Of a stretch of DNA of 64,000 nt, positions 24,228-39,864 are shown one piece after another. Below the pieces are notes generated by a model. It saw only the letters and a program-made list of their open reading frames with translations, had not been told where the DNA came from and ran no database searches. Positions within the stretch are counted from its first letter, which is position 1; every line of letters starts with the position of its first letter. The stretch comes from Auanema rhodensis. Taxonomy: Eukaryota; Animalia; Nematoda. A program made the translations under genes and the position numbers. The stretch is taken from NCBI GenBank assembly GCA_964057225.1, contig OZ059895.1, positions 6,634,001 to 6,698,000 of the forward strand, given 5' to 3'.

Positions 24228-26583
24228 ATGGAGACTGAGCAGCCTATTGAGTCCACTCCCATGTTTCCGCGTTCGCGCATATATCATAGGTACAAAATGA
24301 AATAAATTTGTAGTTTAATACCAAAATACCGTTTGAATTATTTTTATTTAGTTTTATTTTAATTTTCAGCTATTATTCGGAAGAAAAAACATTCAGTGCT
24401 GCTTCATCCACACAGAAGGGTGCCGGTCTTCCACCAGCCAAAGTTTACGGGGGTAGAAAAGTGAGTTATTTTGAAAATTTAGTGTTTTTTAATATTCCCG
24501 CTCATTTCTAGGATGTAGATGACGATATTGAGAGCTTACTGGCAAAGTTGAGTCCTGAAGAATTAGAGGATCTAAACAATGACTTTGATCCTGACGTGAG
24601 TTCATGATCTTTCATTCATTCTTATGTTATTGTCATTCAATTCTTCATTTTTGTTTTCTTGGTGATTCGACGTGACTTTGTGTGAGCTGATGTTTTTCAA
24701 TTGTTTCTAAATCTTCTACCCTAGCTATTCTGTTTGAAAGAGAGGGGGCAGTTTCAAATATTGCTCTTAATTGTGAAAAGTGAAACTTAAAAACAGCATG
24801 AAAGAAAAGTTGTATGCTAACATGTTGTGGTACTCATCTATCGGTGCGCATTTTTTTGTTTAATATATTCGCAAAGCTTCAAATCAATATATAAGCGTTG
24901 TGATCATATGACGATAAGAGCCAGTGTACATACGGTAAATACAGAGCTGCTGCTGCGATCAAACGAAAATACATGAAACTTGAGATGAACTGTCCGTAGA
25001 TGGAGTTCTAGTGAATGTGAACTTCAGTCTTTGAGAATTATTGATATTTTTCCATAATGTCAGAAAAATAAATTACTTAACGAATAAAGAACGATTAGTT
25101 AAGACGTCTTCATTATACTGTTTGTTTCAGAACTCTATGCTTCCTCCTTCTCAACGTTGCCGTGATCAAACAACTAAAGCTCCGACGGGTCCGTTCAAAA
25201 GGGAGAATCTGTTAAAGTTTTTGGAAGAACAAGCAAAGAGTGAAAAAGACTGGGAAGATGTCATGCCATATTCTCCAGGTGTTAAAAGAGGTTTAAAAAA
25301 GCTTTTGCTAGGTTTGTTTATCGTTTTGTTTCAGGAAAAGTTTTCGAACAAGATGACGATATGGTCGATGAAAACGATGAAAAGGGAAAAGGCGGATTGG
25401 GTGGAATGGAAATGCCAATTGAATTAGATATTGATGATGAAGATGAAGACGAGGATGGTCTGGATCAAGCTCTTGATGGGGCTCCTGAAAGAGACCTTGT
25501 TGACTTGGCTGGAATCTTAGGTGAGTTTCTTTTATTTATATTTTCACACTTCAATTTTTTTCAGGAATGCACAACATTCTTAATCAACCCCAATACTATA
25601 ATGCATTGAAAGGCAAACGACAAGATGAATCTACAGGAACAACGTTTAGGTTTGTATATGCATGAACCTTTTTTTTAGCATCATTTAATATTATACTATT
25701 GTTTTAGTGGTATTATACGTGGATATGAACCTAAAATTATTCCCGACGAGCCGGAAAATGAAACTAATGTGGATGATTGTATCGAGTTTGTTTTTGAAGT
25801 TACCTTTCATCAAATATCTTTCTGAAATTATAGACGTTTACAATCTGATGATGACTCTCTCACCGAAGTAAACATTAATAACATGAAGCGAGTTTCTAAA
25901 GTAAGTCTTTTTTTGTGTTTTTATCGCAAGCTAATTGTTTATCAATTCAGGAGAGAATTCGAACTCTTATTTCTGCTGCTTGTAACAGCAAACACATTAC
26001 GAAGCTGACAATGGCCAATACGGCGATCTCAGATAGTGAAGCTAGGGTTAGTGTTTTTCTTCAACACAAATATTTGTTTTTTTTTTCTTGAATTATATAC
26101 AAAACAAAACATTGTTTTCTTACAGGGATTAGTAGAATTGTTAGAGGTGTCACCGTCCTTAAAGGTTCTTAATGTAGAGTCAAACTTCTTGACTCCCGAA
26201 TTATTAGCAAAATTATTAAGAGCTACATTAACTACTCAAAGTTTAATCGAATTTCATGCTGAGAACCAGGTTCGTCGCATTAGTTTAAATAATTTAAAAG
26301 CTATGACTTACAGCGGCAAACTGTGCTGGGTAATCAAATAGAAATGGATATGATGATGTCAGTAGAAGAGAATGATTCCCTGCTACGTGTTGGCGTGGCA
26401 TTCCAATCTATGGAAGCTCGACATCGAGTTTCAGAAGCTCTTGAAAGGAATTATGAACGACGTAAGTTTTTCAACTAAAATTTTCATTGAATTCGAGAAG
26501 ATTTAAAAATATTTTTCATGAACACTGTTAATATGTCTTTTTCAGTGCGTTTGAAACGTCTCGGAAAGCTTACTGAAGCGTAA
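24228..26583 (+). CDS. unc-94: Tropomodulin
   Basis: METEQPIESTPMFPRSRIYHSYYSEEKTF..LSPEELEDLNNDFDPD|NSMLPPSQRCRDQTTKAPTGPFKRENLLKFL..APERDLVDLAGIL; LRR part LKVLNVESNFLTPELLAKLLRA; ends RLKRLGKLTEA*. Confidence 0.95.
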
Positions 26584-27179
26584 GTTTGAGGCTACGTTTG
26601 TTCATTGCTAATCATTGCTTGGCCATTCAATAATCCCAGATTGTACAGGATATATTATGCTTTATCTTGTCATTATTTAACACTGTTCATTGTACAATCT
26701 TTTTCTCCTCCTAACCCACTACCTTTTCTCAGAGTTCTATTTTTCGGAAAGTAGAGAACAACGGATTTATTGTGATCTTTCTTATGTTTTCATAATTCTA
26801 TATATTAATAATAGCTCAATTTGATTATTTTCTTATTCTTATTTCTAGCTTCTATTAAGAAAATCATGCATATCAAAGCTGTTATGAAGTTTTATTTTGT
26901 AATTAAAAACTAGTAAGAATTTAATAAAAATTATATAATTTATTTCACATTTGTATTATATTTATATATTTGTACCATTTTCAAATTATGCCTTTTTTAA
27001 ATACATTTGAGCTCACTGTATACCCATTTTCGTTTGCAATAATTAGCACCTAATTAATTTTTTTAAAAGAATTCCATTTGTGTGCTCAATTGGACTTTCC
27101 AAACATATGGAAAAAACTAACAATCCATGAGTATGCTACACTGGCTAATGCAATTACTACCTATAACTAGTTCATTCTT

Positions 27180-28977
27180 TTACTGTTCATCTGAAAAAAG
27201 TAGTGAAACCTGCGGGGAAGAGATGATATAACGCTGAACAGCTGACAAAGTAGGGGCTGGAGTTGATAGTTGAAAGCTTGGCGGTTCATCGAATGAGCTA
27301 TCTGATCCTATCCTGCAAATGATGATTTGTTAGGATTCATGTTGACTCAATGCTTTACAGGTGTACGGAGTCAGTAAAAAGGTTATAGAGTTCAAAAGAT
27401 TTCGGAAAGGCCAAAGACACATGTAAGAACTTTGAAGATATATTTGTTGTAATATATTCATACCTCATTGAAACACTAGAGGCTATTGAGCGTGCAGATA
27501 TATCTCCGTGATTATTGAAAACTGCAGCCTTTCTTTTTTTCTTTGAATTTTCTTCAATTGGTGCTTGGTTCGTATCCAAATGAAGTTTTTCTATGGATCC
27601 GTCAACTTCCGCATTGTAAGAGTTTAGTTCAGCAGCATCTGCAGGAAAAAAATTGTTTGACACTGCTGCGGAAAGTTAATTAATAATTTCAAATCATATT
27701 TATAGAATGAATGTTAATAAATAAGGTTTATAGTTGATGTTATAATTTTAAAAAATACATTAGCAAATTCTGTAAATACATTTACACGCACTTTAGATAG
27801 GGCTGTGCAATATATGAAAGTATTACTATGAGTATCATCATTTTATCAGTCAATAGTTTAAATTTTATCTAATTACTCAGTAAATGTGGTTGTTCCGGTA
27901 TCGTTGGTAGACTGCATCTGGGGTTTACTGAACTGGTAGAGTGTGTACTTCTCGCTGTGAGACCTTCTTCTATTCTCACACTGTGCATTAAATCTTTCAT
28001 CGATAAATGCTTCCTAAAAGAAAATTTGCATCCGGTATCAAAAACGATAAAAGGGATATCAGGAAGAAAAATTCGGACCTATCTGCGGGACCATGTGTTC
28101 GAGCAGTCGTGAATACTTCATCGCCATCAATATCAATCGCAGTGATCTGTTTCAAAGTATTTTGGTACTCGGAAGAGGGGCGACTGAAATGAAAATGATT
28201 TCCATGGATTATATTCAGAATTCTTCATGTTGTTATTTACAATTATGTGATCCATCATAGTTATTATGTTCTTGTCAAAAAAACACAACATTATGCGTCA
28301 AGTTGAAAAACTTGAAGCAAATTGTGTTTCATTTCATTTTAATTAGAGCCGTTTTCAAAAAAAAAAGAAATTAATGGACCATAGTGAACAAGAAAGCATT
28401 TAGTTTGCGAAAAAAAGCTGTCCGAAGATATATTGTTGTAGTTTTTATCTATTGAGCCTTTACAACCAGAATTTTGTGTGAACAAACGAATGAAGAATTA
28501 CATGTAAGTGAAGAAAGCTGAAGTTGCGCATTTTTATTAAATGTTGACGTATATTTTGCAAAATAAAATGAGCAGTTTGTTTTCATAACATCAAAATATC
28601 TTAAAATGTGCATACCTATAAACAATCTTCTTGCTTTTGATTTCTGCGCTTTTATTCGTCGAATTATTCGTTCTCTGTGGTACAGTCAGGGTCTCTTTGT
28701 TGTTTATTCGAATTGATATTTCATTTCCCTAAAAATCAATGATTGATAGAAATTAAACTAATATTAAAGATAAAGGCAAATCAATTGAGTTATTGTTGCT
28801 AATAGTTAGATAAGTTCAGGAATGTTTCTCTTTTAGCCTTTTTTTGTTTTCTTTTGAGCTGAATGAACAGCTGTTGATAAGTAGATCTGGTACACCAACC
28901 TTGGTTAGTTTCTTTTTCGGACTCTTCGAGCAGCAGCTGATGGGACAAAGAGGAAAATATGAAGTTGTTGGTGGCAT
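27180..28977 (-). CDS. Unknown low-complexity protein, multi-exon model (roughly 280 aa)
   Basis: Phase-compatible exons: MPPTTSYFPLCPISCCSKSPKKKLTK | GNEISIRINNKETL..ARRLFI | 16-nt microexon | RPSSEYQNTLKQITAIDIDGDEVFTTART..CSLPTIPEQPHLL | ..SNNFFPADAAEL..RSIASSVSMR | IGSDSSFDEPP..DEQ*. No domain recognised. Confidence 0.6.
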
Positions 28978-31900
28978 CTGTAGATAAATTGTAAGAAATA
29001 TGAACTGTTCAGAAGAATATTACTGAGAGTTAATTAATTTTACGAATAGCTTGATGAGAAAAGCCTCAAAATCAGTAAAGTGATAAACATTGTTTTGTAT
29101 TTATTTGAAATTGTATCAATTTAACTTAAGAAGCAAGTTAGATTATTGACCTTTGAGAGAGGAGAAGCTGAATTATCAGTTTTAGGAAATGGAAAGGAGA
29201 AGAGAACATTTTGATCTTATGGTATTAGAGATGTTTGAGCATAAGCAAGGTAATGATTCATTACAGATTAAGAAAGATTGTGGTGGGCGGTTATATGGAA
29301 AGTACTCATATAATTGACAAGAACAATACACTGAAATGCTTATCATTAACATAAAATGTCAATTTTTGGTTTAGTTTGATATACAAGTATGTTCAGAAAA
29401 TCGTATTATGTTTGAAAACATACTGAAGAAATAGAAATATTGTATGTGTGAAATATAAACTATATGATTGTATATGGGAGGATAGTGGTATAAGGTTGAT
29501 ATTTATTATTCGAAAACGAGAATAGAATATGATTTTACAAGACGTGAAGAAAGGGTAAAAAGATAAAAATAGGTAATGGCTGTATATAAGCCATACGGAA
29601 GACGGTTAAAAGAAAATTGTCTAGTTCAATCTTCTATGCTAAGACCTGATTTTAGAGAAGGAATATGTCCTTCTGAATTATATTAAACCTCTGCATGTCT
29701 GAGAATTGTAAAAATGTTTATTTAAGAGACCGAAAATTCAAGAAAAGTATTTGGTAGACATATTATCACTTGTATTTCTACATGTCAACAAATAGCCAAA
29801 TTATACAGAATGAGGACGAATATAAGAAGTTGCGGAAATTGTAGTAAAACTACAATTTTCTCTTGTCAATGTTTTTTTTCTTCAATTTGGTTGAATATAA
29901 AAGATTATTTCTGAAAAAAAAGGTTGTACGAAATGCGCATACTAAAACAAATTGAAAGGATAAATACAGCCGGCTTCATGAAAGCGGAAAGGAGTTGCTC
30001 AACATTTCTCATTAGGTAGGTTAAATTCTCTGATAATAATGAATTTCCACATGGATGAATTTGTATTTTAATGAAATCAATGCATATGTTGAGATTGAAG
30101 AGGTTTAAAATCATATAAGTGAAGAAAATTTTCATTATCATCCAAATTTTATCAAAAAACTGCTGAAAAGAAAGCAATAGAAATTCCGAGTAGTAAAATT
30201 GGCTATTGATAATGCTGAAATGAGAGACAGAGAGATAAAAATGAAATAAAAGGAGAGAATGTTATGAGGGTAGAAAGAAAGGTAACACCTCAGAGAGTAG
30301 CCTTGGTAACCACAGAGAAAGAGATACACAGATTGAGAGAAGCACGAACTCAACGAACAAGCTCTCATTTGATTTCATATCAACCTGCAAATTATATTCA
30401 AAAAGACAGAAACCAACTCTGCTTCAAAACTATAATAAGCATATGCAGATGCTAGATTACTAACTATTCAAACTTAGTTAGCAGTGTAGTATAGCAGAAA
30501 AAAATGGGTTCTCATATGAGTTGAGCAACTAAATTTTATATAAAGGTTCATTATATTAATTATATAAAACGGAAGATAAAGTTTTCCTTGTGACAGGAGC
30601 TAGCTATATGATTTCATGATAAAGATCAAATTACAAACTATATAGGGTTGGTTAGTCATGTTGATTATTTATTTTGAGACAGTAATGGAATAAAAGAATA
30701 AAAGTATGATAATAAATATTTTCTTAACAAAAATATTTATTGAATACTTACCTAATTATAGAATCTATGAATATAAAATCATCGTTTTTCTCTTCATAAT
30801 GTTAAAGAACTCATTTTGGAAGCTGTGGTAATTCACAATATCCTCTGCTTATTTACTTATTCTTAGGAATATATCTGTTTAGAAGAAAATTTAAACTTTT
30901 ATCAACTCATAATCAAAAGAAAAGTGAAATCATAGAATCATTTGTCATTTTTATGCATATTTATCATCATAATGTATAATTTCGTTTTCTTATCTACAAA
31001 TTAAATAAAAAAGATAAAAAAAAAAGGAAAAAAGAGAGATTTTATCAAATAACTTACGAAAACTTTAAAGTTCTTTAACATGTTTGCTTTACGTCTCTAA
31101 TCGGATGATAAATAAATTTTAACCGAAAGTTGTACATTTTAACTTCAAGATACTGAAGTAAACGACTAAATATTGTATCAATTGCAAGTTATATCTTTGC
31201 AAGTTTTTTTAATAAAATGGCGGAATAATTGCAAATAATATAAAATAACTTTACAGTGAGGTTGTTGAATAAATATTTTCTTATAGTTTATTAATTATTC
31301 AATTACTTGTTATAGTATTTTCAATATTAACTATGTATTCTACTATTCTCCATATATTCAAACCAAAATTATTTAATGCATGACTACAATAGAAAAAAAA
31401 ATACATTTGGATAATAAAATACTTTTTATTATTTTTGCCAGTTTTCATACAGTTTCCAATAAATTGTTTTTTTTTTTTGAAAACTATACAAAATCTTAAG
31501 GATTTTGTGGTATAGAGGGGTGTAGGAAGTAATAGCCGAACATAGTGTCGGATCATAAACTTATAAACTATTAGTTTTTTAAATGAAAAATTATTACTTA
31601 TACACTTTTATATGTTATAATACACGGCAATATAAAGTATTTATAATTATATAGTTTGATAATATTTCAAATAAGATCAAATCATCACAGATTTTTCTCA
31701 TTTATATTTCAAATCTTATAGTATAATAAAGAATGTATATTATTTTAATATTATTAATAAATAATAATTTAAACTGTTCTGATAAAAAAGGAAAAACTTC
31801 TACAAATGCTCTGAAATAGAAATTGAATATTCTTCAAATGACGTTTTTACAACATTTTAAAATCAGATCTTTTCAATTTGAACATTGAAATGAGCGAATT

Positions 31901-32179
31901 AACATCTGCTATATGAATAATTATTCAAATACAATCTACATATATTTATAGATTTTCAGCGATTAAAGCTCTTTTAACCCTTTTTCTTGTTAAATATTAA
32001 AAAAAATATTCATTTAAACTAAAAATAGCTGTATTAATAAGAAAGAAAGTATTACACAAAAAGAAAGAAAAAAATATTTTCTCAATGTATTCACATGATC
32101 TCACATTGACATGTGCCTGATATTTATATTCAAAAATTAACCGGAAATTACTAAAAATCGATTAATTTGCACTTAACTA

Positions 32180-32267
32180 TTCCCACAATACGACTTCCGG
32201 TCTACAGTATAAGGTTGATCTATGAGAAATCTAGGATTGCGCCCTCAACTCATAGTTAACGTGGGAA
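32180..32267. promoter_or_regulatory. Cluster of three LAG-1/CSL consensus sites (YRTGRGAA)
   Basis: ttcccaca at 32180-87 (TGTGGGAA on minus), TATGAGAA at 32221-28 and CGTGGGAA at 32260-67, all 265-350 bp upstream of the ATG at 32532. Confidence 0.7.
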
Positions 32268-32531
32268 AATTGGGCGTGGTCGAACGATATTTCATAAAAA
32301 TCAATTGAGAACGATTTCTTTAATGTGATCGGATATTATTACAAATTTGTCATTTAATGTTATCTGTTCACAGTTTTTATTTCTGAAAATTTGAATATAA
32401 TAATAATAAAATAGAATAATTATTATTATTATTGTAATTAAATTTTTAATTTTTCTTTTATTTTTTTAATTTTTTTTAAAGTTGTTATACATACTATTTA
32501 TGTTAACGTTTTTTCAGGAAAAAAGTTAGAA

Positions 32532-33477
32532 ATGTGCGACGAACCATTTATTAGCGGCTTTGACCGTATTGGCAAGAATGTAAGAAAAGTTATTCAAATA
32601 CTTCTATGTTTGAAATTTTTAGTGGATTGATGATCATTATACTTGGAAGAAGGAACCATCCAAACAACTGCTGCAAATTAAACCAGATTACTCGATGAAA
32701 ATTCAGAAGAAATGTGATATGAAGTATGGCAATCGAATGGATTTGACTTTAGGAAATGATCAAGTGGTGAGAAAAAATGGGTTTTTTCTAATTTATAGTT
32801 ATTTGTATTTTAGAAAATCGCGAAAAGTGTTGAAAATATGAGTACAGAAGACGTTTTCTCTGCAACAGATTGTTCATTCGATTCCTGTGAGATTAGTCTG
32901 AATTCCGATCATAGCATCAGCCCCGAGGTATATTGGCTATAAATTCCAATTATCTATTACTTGTCTTTAGATTAGTCATGAGCATATACCCAACATTTTC
33001 AAGTTAAATTCCCAAGCTGTACCTACTTCATTGAATTCTTCTAGCTGCGGCTTTAGAACATATTTGAGCAAGGGACAATCCAGAAGAAAGGTAATTTTGA
33101 CATTTCATTTTCTCAAATGATTTAATGGTTTTCAGTTCTGTTTCTATTGTTATGACATGGAATATCGTAATTGTGTTTTACGTAATGAAGGTGTACCTAC
33201 CGTTAATCAAGCTGGCATATGGAAATCTCATACTACATATGATTCCAAAGGAAGACTCACGTTAGTAATATAAGTCTTTGGATTTGAATATATAAATTAT
33301 TTCAGATGTCCTCTTCTTCATTTCTTTCAACGTTCGCCATCTGATATCTACAATATTACACGTGCAACTCGTTTAGATCAAAACTGTTCTGCTGCAACTA
33401 GCTGCTCTGCAGCTGCTAACTGTTTTGCCGGTCGAGTCCTCGATCGTCGCGAGAGTAAAAACCGTTTCAAATACTAG
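32532..33477 (+). CDS. Single Nanos-type CCHC zinc-finger protein, LST-1-like
   Basis: Six exons: MCDEPFISGFDRIGKN|WIDDHYTWKKEPSKQLLQIKP..|..|..GQSRRK|FCFYCYDMEYRNCVLRNEGVPTVNQAGIWKSHTTYDSKGRLT|CPLL..RFKY*. One nematode-style Nanos finger with a long insert, no second finger, and an N-terminal KxxL motif. Confidence 0.75.
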
Positions 33478-34104
33478 ATCCCAAAACTTTTTCATCAAAA
33501 TCTTGAATATCACCCTCCTTCAAACTTGGTCATCATTCAATTGAAACACAATCTCTGTTTTATTCCATTTTTATTAGTTTTATTAGGGTTTGAACTATCT
33601 GATTCTCTTACCTATATAACGATCTCCTTCAGTTCCCTGCTCCGCCAATCCAAACGCAAGAAGGGAAAGATCGTTTGATTTACTTCCTCTATATCTCAAA
33701 ATTACCCTGTTCAGATTGTGTTGATCAAGCCCTTATTGCAAACAATCAAATATACCATGTTAAATTCTTATTTTTTTGAATTTCTCTATGATGTTGCCAC
33801 CCTTGTCGTTTGGCTGTTTAAACTACTTCATCCAAATATGTATTTGGCTGTGCATGCTTGCTATTCCTTTTCATGTCGATTGATTGTCTTATCCATTTGC
33901 GGAGCTGTTTGATCTGTTTTATGTCATCATGTTGGTTTTAACATTTTTCGTCATCCTTGTTCTTTGTTATCATCATTGTTATCACCTACTGGTTCGAGTA
34001 GAAATGAATTGTTGATGTTTCTGCTAAAAACTTTATTTTAATAAATAAAATTATATATATTCACGTGCTTTTTGATTATGATCTTTATTTGATCTTGTGT
34101 ACCA

Positions 34105-34177
34105 GCCCGGTTAGCTCAGTCGGTAGAGCACCAGACTCTTAATCTGGCTGTCGCGGGTTCGAGCCCCGCATCGGGCT
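34105..34177 (+). tRNA. tRNA-Lys (CTT)
   Basis: GCCCGGTTAGCTCAGTCGGTAGAGCACCAGACT-CTT-AATCTGG..GGTTCGAGCCC..CGGGCT; full cloverleaf followed by a T-run. Confidence 0.97.
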
Positions 34178-35069
34178 TTGAATTTTTATGAAAAAAATTT
34201 CGGGAAGAACGCAATAAAAGAAAGTTAACAATAAATTTACTGAAAAAAATGTTTTTGAATTATGAACACTGATTTTGAATATCAAATAACATCTGATTTG
34301 AGATTCTCATTCAACTTGAAACTGTTTAACATGTCCCGTAAATGATAATGTAAATATTTCAAATAACTTATCCATGGTTGAACAGAGTACTGTTTTTTGA
34401 AGTCTGATGTGAAAATAAAGCTCATATGTATTTATCATAAATATTTATTAATGAACATTGCCTTTAACTCCTCGGTAGCATTCCCAGTATTTGAAGGTAC
34501 GCAGGGATTTCATTAACTAACTATAGTTTACTAACTTTTTGTAAAGTCTATTTGGGGTTACCCGATTAGACCATCAGAGAAAAAAGATTATTTTCTCGGA
34601 ACGATGGATTTGTTATTTGAAGTGTTAAACCAATTTCAAATGATTCTGTAGTTTCTCATATCATATGTTGTCAACGCCAATTTTTTTATTAAAACCTATA
34701 CAATATACGGCGAAGGTATCTACTTGCTCTCAGTATCCTTTTTAATATATCTTTTCACTCAATGTGATAGCATACGGTTTAACGTTTATGCATATTTTTT
34801 GGATAGCCTGTCCGGGGTACACCGGATGGGTGATATGATGGAAAATTGTTAGCTTTTCTTAGCTTCAATAAATTGGAAATTAGATATTTCTTATTTTTAT
34901 CTTACTAATTGTGAAATCTTATATTATTAATTTGTATAAAAGTTAGAACAATCATTTCCACTTTTTAAAATTACGTTATAAAAAATTCATAATTGATTCA
35001 AATGTTTTTCGAAATGATTTAGAGGTGTAATAGCATAACATAATATCCTAACAAAACCTCGGAATCGTG

Positions 35070-35141
35070 TCCTCGGTAGTATAGTGGTGAGTATCCGCGT
35101 CTGTCACATGCGAGACCCGGGTTCAATTCCCGGCCGGGGAG
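35070..35141 (+). tRNA. tRNA-Asp (GTC)
   Basis: TCCTCGGTAGTATAGTGGTGAGTATCCGCGTCT-GTC-ACATGCG..GGTTCAATTCCCGGCCGGGGAG, followed by a T-run. Confidence 0.97.
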
Positions 35142-35693
35142 AAATTTTTTCATTTTTTTTAAACTCACTTGTTTCTAATGAGTAAAATATATTTCACGCC
35201 TTCAAACGAAAAAAATTTAGATTTTGATAAATTGCCGTAGTTATAAACAATAATACAGGAGTTATAAACACTGAAAGTATATACTTCATATTTTGGCATG
35301 AACTGTTATAAGAATAAAACAACTGGGAAAACTAGCCTTATATAATACTCATAATTAAGCAAAACTGCGTAATCAAAACTTCTTCACTCTCATTTATCAT
35401 AGAATCTTTAATTTTAGAAACTTCAATACCGCATAAAAAGTTGATGATATTAAACAACATGTATGTTTCTGTATTTTCAGTTGTACGCAAAAAGGGTTTT
35501 AACGAAATATTGCGTATCTCTTCAAAAAGCACAACTGTGAAATATTTGTTATTTATAATTACTTTCGAATTCTTCTAAAATAATAGCTGAATACTATTTT
35601 TATTTAATTCAGTGCTTTGCTTTTTTATCTCATTTGACAGGCATTTTATTTATTGTGGTATTTTGATTTTCCAACATGCTTTAATAGTTCAGT

Positions 35694-36222
35694 ATGAACC
35701 GTTTGCTCTCTGTTCGGTTACCGGTAGCTTGCATTAGAGCGTCTTCTAATGTTTCGAAACCTACTGCTGGTTCAGTCGCACCTGTGTTCGACAAAGCTAC
35801 TCATACTGGACAAGTAAGTTTTAATATTTACTGTTTCTTACTCAATTTTTTATTCAGTCATGGGACAATGCTGACTACAGACTCCAACGTTTCGACACTG
35901 CTCCTAAGCAGGTTTGAGTTACTATATTTATTTGTTAATAAGTTTGATTCTAGGTTAATCCCAATGTTGCTATGAACTTGGTTGCTGAACGTCCAGCTCA
36001 AGATTGTGGGCACGAAAGTGTTGTCTATTGTGATGGTGGACATCCAGCTTTAGGGCATCCCCGCGTTTTCATCAATATTGTAAGTTCGAAAAAGTTTACT
36101 TTGTTTTAAATGTTGTTTAGGATAAGCCAGGAGTACATGCTTGCGGATATTGCGGCAACCGTTTTTATAACTCTCATGTGACCAAGGGAGAGGACCTTCA
36201 AATTCACCATCTTAACTGTTAG
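35694..36222 (+). CDS. nduf-6: Complex I subunit NDUFS6 (zf-CHCC)
   Basis: Mitochondrial presequence-like MNRLLSVRLPVACIRASS; FDKATHTGQ|SWDNADYRLQRF..VNPNVAMNLVAE..VYCDGGHPALGHPRVFINI|DKPGVHACGYCGNRF. Confidence 0.93.
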
Positions 36223-36334
36223 TGTATTTAGAAAACAATATCGAGAAAAATAAATAGTTTATAAAATCATGAATACAGTATTAAAACCCATGATAAACAC
36301 AAGGAAAGACACCGTTCTTCATTGGCTCTTTTAA

Positions 36335-39512
<3,178 letters not shown>

Positions 39513-39864
39513 TTTTCGATTAATTTAACTGGTTATGAAGTAGGAAATCTAAAACAATCTACTACATTTGAATGATAAGAACGCAAAACGAATATGGTGA
39601 AAATGATATTATTAAAAATTTCCAAATCAGCTGATGTGCATCATTCACAATAGTTTATATATTATACCCATTAAAGCTCAAAATTTTTCGAAAATGGGGG
39701 TTCACTGCGTATATCATAACGCAATAATGCGTACTCGCAACCCCCTAATTGTGGACCCATAAAAAAATGGTATCTTATTTTGTATTTGAATTTGAAAAAA
39801 AACATGACTTTGTATTTTTATTACAATACCAGCATCAAGCAACATATAACACAAAATTAATCAG

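Noticed and set aside
34330-35540. tcctcggtag (tRNA-Asp 5' end-like, ~34469) and exon-like fragments around the two tRNAs
   Set aside because: No cloverleaf, and no consistent spliced ORF could be built.
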